From assembly GCA_021824065.1 (NCBI GenBank), contig JAKALU010000001.1, positions 16,154-80,153 of the forward strand: a stretch of 64,000 nt of DNA, in the 5' to 3' direction. This document shows positions 58,879-64,000 of this stretch, in pieces. Below the pieces are notes generated by a model. That model saw only the letters and a list, made by a program, of their open reading frames with translations, was not told the origin of the DNA and ran no database searches. Both the position numbers and the translations under genes were made by a program. Position 1 is the stretch's first letter. Each line of letters starts with the position of its first letter. Source of the DNA: Nitrospirota bacterium (lineage in GTDB: Bacteria > Nitrospirota > Thermodesulfovibrionia > Thermodesulfovibrionales > UBA1546).

Positions 58879-59783
58879 TTTGCCCGAAGTGTAAACTGAA
58901 ACTCAAAGTTGCCGATGAAAAACTCACACCCGAAGGTGTACGCTTCAAATGCCCGAAGTGCAGCACGGTGCTCCTGGTAAAAAGACCAGCAGTTCAGATA
59001 AAACCGCTTGAGAATAAAGTGATCGTTGCACATGAAGACCCTAAGATAGTTGAAAGGATAAGTAAAGCACTTACACAAAAAGGTTATACGGTTATTACAG
59101 CACATGATGGGATAGAGACAATGATTAAGGCTGTAAAAGAACTGCCATTTCTTGCAATCTTAGATGTTGCGCTTCCAAAGATATACGGGTTTGAGGTATG
59201 TAAAAGACTGAAAGAGCGGGCAGAGACAAAAGAGATAAAAGTTATACTCATAAGTTCAATTTACGATAAGACAAGGTATAGGAGAGAGCCTATCTCTTTA
59301 CATGGAGCTGATGACTACATTGAGGAACATCATATTGAAGAACTCCTTATAGATAAAATTGATGTATTAAAGGGCGTGAAGACAAAAGAAGAGGTTGTAG
59401 AAAAACCAAAAGAACCCGTCTTTGAGAGACCACAACCTAAGGTAGAAATGCCAGTTAAAGAAGAGCCGCCTGTCCATGCAGCGGTTCCTCCCCGGATAAC
59501 AGTACCTCCTAAAGAAGAAATAAAAGTAGAGGCAGACGAAGCAGTAGAAAAAGCACGAAGATTAGCGAGGACTATCATATCTGACATTTATCTTTACAGT
59601 TCAACGAAAATGGAGAAAGCAATAAAAAGTAACACCTTCGATTCAGAATTCGCCTCTGAATTAAGAGAAGGTCAGAAACTATACAATGGCCGTGTCTCGC
59701 AAGATGTGAAAAATAAGGGTAATTTTTTCCGTGAGGCCATCGATAATTTTATAGAAAACAAGAAAAAGACACTGAAAATTTAG
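58869..59783 (+). CDS. MJ0042-type zinc-finger plus receiver-like domain protein
   Basis: N-terminal CPKCKLKLKV...FKCPKCSTVLLV. Receiver-like VIVAHEDPKIVE...AILDVALPKIYGFEVCKRLK. Pro/Glu-rich linker and a conserved-looking C-terminal helix region. Confidence 0.65.
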   Translation: MVVICPKCKLKLKVADEKLTPEGVRFKCPKCSTVLLVKRPAVQIKPLENKVIVAHEDPKIVERISKALTQKGYTVITAHDGIETMIKAVKELPFLAILDVALPKIYGFEVCKRLKERAETKEIKVILISSIYDKTRYRREPISLHGADDYIEEHHIEELLIDKIDVLKGVKTKEEVVEKPKEPVFERPQPKVEMPVKEEPPVHAAVPPRITVPPKEEIKVEADEAVEKARRLARTIISDIYLYSSTKMEKAIKSNTFDSEFASELREGQKLYNGRVSQDVKNKGNFFREAIDNFIENKKKTLKI

Positions 59784-59854
59784 AAAATACAAGAAAATCT
59801 AAGAAAAAATAAGTCTTAACGAGATTTTCAGCCTTTAACCCCCTCTAAAAGCCC

Positions 59855-59881
59855 TTGCCTTAAATGCGGCTTACCTATTAT
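59855..59881 (+). promoter_or_regulatory. Putative sigma70-type promoter of groESL
   Basis: TTGCCT (59855..59860), 15 nt (16 nt if CTTGCC is used), TATTAT (59876..59881). Immediately followed by CIRCE. Confidence 0.5.
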
Positions 59882-59882
59882 A

Positions 59883-59909
59883 TTAGCACTCTCTAACAAT
59901 GAGTGCTAA
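59883..59909. promoter_or_regulatory. CIRCE operator (HrcA binding site)
   Basis: Perfect consensus TTAGCACTC-N9-GAGTGCTAA read directly, 42 nt upstream of groES. Confidence 0.95.
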
Positions 59910-59950
59910 CAAAAAACCAAGAAACTTATATTAAGAAAGGAGATATGTTT

Positions 59951-60241
59951 ATGAAGTTCAAACCACTTAGAGACAGAGTATTTGTCAAGTATTCCTCGGA
60001 AGAGGAAAAAACAGCAGGCGGCCTGTATATTCCTGACGCAGCAAAAGAAAAACCTCAGAAAGGAACAGTAATAGCAGTAGGTACGGGCAGGATAACAGAT
60101 GACGGCAAACGTCAGCCTATGGAGGTTAAGGTAGGGGATACAATACTATTTGATAAGTATTCAGGCTCAAAGATCAAGATGGACAATGAAGAGTACCTCA
60201 TCATAAGAGAAGAGGACATACTGGGAATCGTTGAAGGATAA
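59951..60241 (+). CDS. groES: Co-chaperonin GroES
   Basis: [13 protein letters not shown]...[28 protein letters not shown] lies 8 nt before the ATG at 59951. Confidence 0.95.
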   Translation: MKFKPLRDRVFVKYSSEEEKTAGGLYIPDAAKEKPQKGTVIAVGTGRITDDGKRQPMEVKVGDTILFDKYSGSKIKMDNEEYLIIREEDILGIVEG

Positions 60242-60274
60242 AAAACTTAAAATAATAGAAGGAGGAATTAACAA

Positions 60275-61903
60275 ATGGCTAAACAGCTTCTTTTTTATGA
60301 GGCAGCAAGGGCAGAGATACTCAAAGGTGTAAGCCAGCTTACTGATGCAGTAAAGGCGACATTAGGACCAAAGGGAAGAAATGCGATACTCGACAAAAAA
60401 TATGGTGCACCGACAATAACAAAAGACGGTGTCACTGTTGCAAAAGAGATAGAGCTTAAAGATCCGTTTCAGAATATGGGTGCACAGCTCGTCAGAGAGG
60501 TTGCATCAAAGACATCTGATGTAGCAGGAGACGGGACAACCACAGCAACTGTACTTGCGCACGCTATTTACAGAGAGGGGATGAAGAATGTTGTTGCCGG
60601 TGCAAACCCCATGGATATCAAGAGGGGGGTCGAGAAAGCAGTAGAGGTAGTTATAGCAGAGCTTAAGAAACTCAGCAAACCTGTTCAGGACAAAAAAGAA
60701 ATAGCACAGGTTGGAACAATATCTGCAAATAATGACCCATCTATTGGTGAGTTGATTGCAGAGGCAATGGACAAGGTAGGAAAAGACGGTGTAATCACAG
60801 TTGAAGAGGCAAAGAGCATGGCAACAACACTCGATGTTGTTGAGGGCATGCAGTTTGACAGGGGCTATATATCTCCATATTTCATCACAGACCCTGAAAG
60901 GATGGAGTGTGTACTTGATGACGTGTTTATCCTCATCAACGAAAAGAAAATCTCAACCATGAAGGACCTTCTTCCAATACTCGAGCAGACAGCAAAGATG
61001 GGAAGACCATTGTTAATCATTGCTGAGGAGGTTGAAGGAGAAGCGCTTGCAACATTGGTTGTCAATAAGTTACGCGGTACAATCCAGGTGTGTGCTGTAA
61101 AGGCACCCGGTTTTGGCGAAAGAAGAAAGGCAATGCTTGAGGACATCGCAATTCTTACAGGCGGCACAATGATATCAGAAGACATCGGGATAAAGCTTGA
61201 GAGCATAAAGATCTCCGACCTCGGAAGGGCAAAGAAGATTACTGTGGATAAAGAAAATACAACTATTGTTGAGGGCGCAGGAGACCATGCAAAAATTCAG
61301 GGCAGGGTAAAGCAGATAAAGGCACAGGTTGAAGAAACAACATCTGATTATGATAGAGAAAAATTACAGGAGCGTCTTGCAAAGATTGTTGGCGGAGTTG
61401 CAGTAATTAATGTCGGTGCAGCAACAGAGACAGAGATGAAGGAGAAAAAGGCAAGGGTTGAAGATGCGCTCCATGCAACAAGGGCTGCTGTTGAAGAGGG
61501 AATTGTACCTGGCGGAGGAGTCGCTGTTCTCAGATGCCTGCCCGCACTTAAAGCCCTTAAGCTCGAAGGTGACCAGCAGATAGGCATTGAAATTGTAAAA
61601 AAGGCTCTTGAAGAACCGATCAGACAGATAGTCAATAATGCAGGCATTGAGGGTTCTGTAGTAGTTGAAAAGGTAAAGCACGCAAAAGAGACAAACTACG
61701 GCTTTGATGCAGATAAAGAAGAGTATGTGGATATGATAAAGGCAGGCATTATAGACCCTACAAAGGTGACAAGATATGCACTCCAGAATGCAGCATCAGT
61801 TGCGGCATTGATGCTCACGACTGCTGTGATGGTCACAGATATCCCTGAGGAAAAACCTGAGGCGCCAGCAATGCCTCCAGGCGGAATGGGCGGGATGTAT
61901 TAA
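60275..61903 (+). CDS. groL: Chaperonin GroEL
   Basis: [18 protein letters not shown]...[12 protein letters not shown]...C-terminal GGMGGMY. Confidence 0.98.
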   Translation: MAKQLLFYEAARAEILKGVSQLTDAVKATLGPKGRNAILDKKYGAPTITKDGVTVAKEIELKDPFQNMGAQLVREVASKTSDVAGDGTTTATVLAHAIYREGMKNVVAGANPMDIKRGVEKAVEVVIAELKKLSKPVQDKKEIAQVGTISANNDPSIGELIAEAMDKVGKDGVITVEEAKSMATTLDVVEGMQFDRGYISPYFITDPERMECVLDDVFILINEKKISTMKDLLPILEQTAKMGRPLLIIAEEVEGEALATLVVNKLRGTIQVCAVKAPGFGERRKAMLEDIAILTGGTMISEDIGIKLESIKISDLGRAKKITVDKENTTIVEGAGDHAKIQGRVKQIKAQVEETTSDYDREKLQERLAKIVGGVAVINVGAATETEMKEKKARVEDALHATRAAVEEGIVPGGGVAVLRCLPALKALKLEGDQQIGIEIVKKALEEPIRQIVNNAGIEGSVVVEKVKHAKETNYGFDADKEEYVDMIKAGIIDPTKVTRYALQNAASVAALMLTTAVMVTDIPEEKPEAPAMPPGGMGGMY

Positions 61904-61912
61904 AAGCAGGGC

Positions 61913-61940
61913 TTAGCGATTAGCGGTTAGGGATTAGCTG
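61913..61940. repeat. Tandem heptamer TTAGSKR x4 downstream of groEL
   Basis: Read directly: ttagcga ttagcgg ttaggga ttagctg. Confidence 0.9.
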
Positions 61941-61949
61941 AATTTAATG

Positions 61950-61985
61950 TAGGGGCGTATTGAATACGCCCCTATTCATTTTTGT
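61950..61985 (+). terminator. Rho-independent terminator of groESL
   Basis: TAGGGGCGTA-ttgaa-TACGCCCCTA, a 10-bp stem, followed by TTCATTTTTG. Confidence 0.8.
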
Positions 61986-62028
61986 ATTCCATTGACTGCT
62001 AACTGTTAATTCTGGCATTCTAAATAAA

Positions 62029-63117
62029 GTGAAGAAAAATATTGTAGTCATACTGTTATGCCTTGTACTTCTTAATCTCATCTATATATCCATAGAATTT
62101 TTAGTCCCTTTGCCGGAAAGTACAAAGACAAAAGAGATACAGATACCAAATGGCGCCACATTCAGACAGGCAATTGAGATTCTTTCAAAAGAAGGGCTGA
62201 TAAGGGACAAAAACCTTTTCTTATTTATCGGCAGGCTTACAGGGCTGCACAGGAAAATAAGGGCAGGATTCTATTCTATTACAGGTGCAACAAATCCGCT
62301 TGATATCTTATTGCTTCTCAGGAGCGGACAGATTGTAGAGTATTCAATAACTATTGTTGAGGGGGATTCTCTTCTTGAGATAGGGGAAAAACTTTCAGGC
62401 AAAAATATTGTAGATATAGAAACATTCAGAAAACTTACACGGAGCAGAAACCTTTTGAATGCCTACAATATCACTGCGCCTTCGATAGAAGGCTATATAT
62501 TCCCTGCCACTTATCAGTTGCCCAAGGGCATAGAGCCGGAAAATGCATTGGGCATGATGATTAATACTATGCGTGATAGATTCAATGATAAATTGCGGGC
62601 AAGGGCCAAAGATATAGGTTTTACAGAGAGGGAGGTCCTTACGCTCGCTTCTATAATAGAAAAGGAGGCTATAATAGACAGTGAAAGGCCACTGATCTCT
62701 GCTGTATACCATAATAGGCTTAGGAAAAAAATGTCTTTGCAGGCAGACCCAACTGCTATTTATGGCATAAAGAGCTCAAAAGAGAGAATAACAATTAAAG
62801 ATTTAAAACGGAAAACCCCATATAACACATATGTTATAAAAGGTCTCCCGCCAGGGCCGATTGCTTCACCCGGTATCAAATCAATTGTTGCAGCGCTCAA
62901 TCCTGCAGACGTGCCTTATATATATTTTGTCTCAAACAATGATGGCACTCATCAGTTCTCTGTTACATCAGAAGAGCATCTTAAGGCAGTAGAAACCTAC
63001 AGATTAATGAGACAAATAGAGAAAGAGATACAGAAACAAAAAGAGAAAGAAAACCAGAAAGAGATAGAGAATAAAGAGAAGAATAAAGAAAATGGGAAGA
63101 AAAATGGCAGCTCGTAA
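62029..63117 (+). CDS. mltG: Endolytic murein transglycosylase MltG (YceG-like) with a K/E-rich C-terminal tail
   Basis: N-terminal TM. IPNGATFRQAIEILSKEGLI, GYIFPATY, ASIIEKEA, LQADPT and YNTY motifs. GTG start. Confidence 0.88.
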   Translation: MKKNIVVILLCLVLLNLIYISIEFLVPLPESTKTKEIQIPNGATFRQAIEILSKEGLIRDKNLFLFIGRLTGLHRKIRAGFYSITGATNPLDILLLLRSGQIVEYSITIVEGDSLLEIGEKLSGKNIVDIETFRKLTRSRNLLNAYNITAPSIEGYIFPATYQLPKGIEPENALGMMINTMRDRFNDKLRARAKDIGFTEREVLTLASIIEKEAIIDSERPLISAVYHNRLRKKMSLQADPTAIYGIKSSKERITIKDLKRKTPYNTYVIKGLPPGPIASPGIKSIVAALNPADVPYIYFVSNNDGTHQFSVTSEEHLKAVETYRLMRQIEKEIQKQKEKENQKEIENKEKNKENGKKNGSS

Positions 63118-64000
63118 AAAGACAAGGACAATTTATGTTGGCAATGTGCCTGTTGGCGGTGAGAGCCCCATCAGTGTTCAGTCAATGACAAAGACAGACA
63201 CGAGGAATGTAAAATCAACTATAAGACAGATTAAGACCCTCGAAAAAGCAGGGTGCGAGATTATAAGGCTTGCTGTGCCTGATATGGAAGCAGCAAAGTC
63301 GCTTGGCAAGATAAAAAAATCTATAAACATACCAATGATAGCGGACATCCATTTTGACTGGAGGCTTGCACTTGAGGCAATAAAACAAGGGATTGACGGG
63401 TTGAGAATAAATCCTGGCAATATCGGCGCTAAATGGAAGGTTAAAGAGGTTGTTACATCTGCAAAGGATAATCGCTTGCCCATCAGAATAGGTGTAAATG
63501 CAGGCTCACTCGAAAAGGAGCTGCTAAAAAAATACGGGCATCCAAAACCAGAGGCATTGGTTGAGAGTGCAAAAAGACATATAGAGATTCTTGAGGACAT
63601 GAATTTTCGAGATATAAAGGTCTCTCTTAAGGCATCCAATGTTCCCACAACAATAGATGCATACAGACTGTTTTCAAAAAAATATGACTACCCGCTCCAT
63701 ATAGGGATATCAGAGGCAGGTCCTCCTTCAACAGGCATAATAAAAAGCTCTGTAGGGCTTGGAATCTTACTTTCAGAAGGCATAGGAGATACCATAAGAG
63801 TTTCTTTGACTGCAGAACCGCGTGAAGAGGTGAGAGTAGCCTATGGGATATTGAAAGCCCTTGGTATAAGAGAAAAGGGCGCTGAGATAATCTCATGTCC
63901 AACATGCGGGAGATGTAATATAGGTTTGAAAGAACTTGCTGAAAAGGTAGAGGTAAGACTTAAAAACATTGATAAACCTATAACAGTTGCTGTGATGGGA
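63104..64000 (+). CDS. ispG: 4-hydroxy-3-methylbut-2-en-1-yl diphosphate synthase (IspG/GcpE), 3' end outside the window
   Basis: Not in the ORF track because no stop falls in the window. Hand translation: MAARKKTRTIYVGNVPVGGESPISVQSMTKTDT...ADIHFDWRLA...RINPGNIG...SCPTCGRC. Overlaps the mltG 3' end. An alternative ATG lies at 63092. Confidence 0.92.
   Translation, partial: MAARKKTRTIYVGNVPVGGESPISVQSMTKTDTRNVKSTIRQIKTLEKAGCEIIRLAVPDMEAAKSLGKIKKSINIPMIADIHFDWRLALEAIKQGIDGLRINPGNIGAKWKVKEVVTSAKDNRLPIRIGVNAGSLEKELLKKYGHPKPEALVESAKRHIEILEDMNFRDIKVSLKASNVPTTIDAYRLFSKKYDYPLHIGISEAGPPSTGIIKSSVGLGILLSEGIGDTIRVSLTAEPREEVRVAYGILKALGIREKGAEIISCPTCGRCNIGLKELAEKVEVRLKNIDKPITVAVMG

Overview
The window is a mostly housekeeping chromosomal segment from a low-GC, diderm bacterium. 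The diderm call rests on Kdo/LPS genes, four TolC-family genes and RND/MacAB/EmrAB efflux systems. The organism uses selenocysteine.

Gene content in order:
- lepA (partial), pdp, queC, a DUF4388/pseudopilin-like membrane protein, a TPR/zinc-ribbon membrane protein, plsY, pgsA, kdsC.
- A ~5 kb accessory island, described below.
- kdsD, an exported hypothetical, kdsA, pyrG, kdsB, priA, a CHASE2 adenylate cyclase.
- A 15 kb run of three complete efflux systems plus a TetR regulator.
- A Nif3-like gene, dnaG, rpoD, tRNA(CAT), a COG1579 zinc-ribbon gene, rnhA, a LysR regulator, a GH57 branching enzyme, selD.
- vapBC, mutL, AbrB-Doc, DUF167, a CDF transporter, tgt, folD, pyrE.
- A second small accessory cassette, described below.
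- glnE, a rhomboid protease, a zinc-ribbon/receiver protein, CIRCE-groES-groEL, mltG, ispG (partial).

Main observations worth a second look:
1. An accessory island splits kdsC from kdsD. It carries a type IIG restriction-modification (R-M) enzyme interrupted by a single in-frame TAA, a small His-rich gene broken by a 1-nt frameshift, and a translationally coupled DUF1828/1829-like gene.
2. A four-gene cassette sits between pyrE and glnE. A RelE-type toxin-antitoxin (TA) pair is followed by a 296-aa protein with an Rx4H (HEPN-like) motif. That protein's stop overlaps (ATGA) the start of an unlisted 55-aa CxxC..CxxC zinc-ribbon ORF.
3. Arrays of about 4-5 tandem 7-8 nt words occur in-frame inside conserved genes (queC, kdsB, priA, tgt) and in intergenic DNA (tRNA flanks, groEL 3' end).
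4. GC-rich palindromes are inserted in-frame into the methyltransferase and into glnE. A two-copy intergenic element has conserved arms and a variable hairpin.
5. selD is a selenoprotein: it has an in-frame UGA followed by a SECIS-like hairpin, and the ORF track truncates it.

No CRISPR array, rRNA, integrase or transposase was seen.
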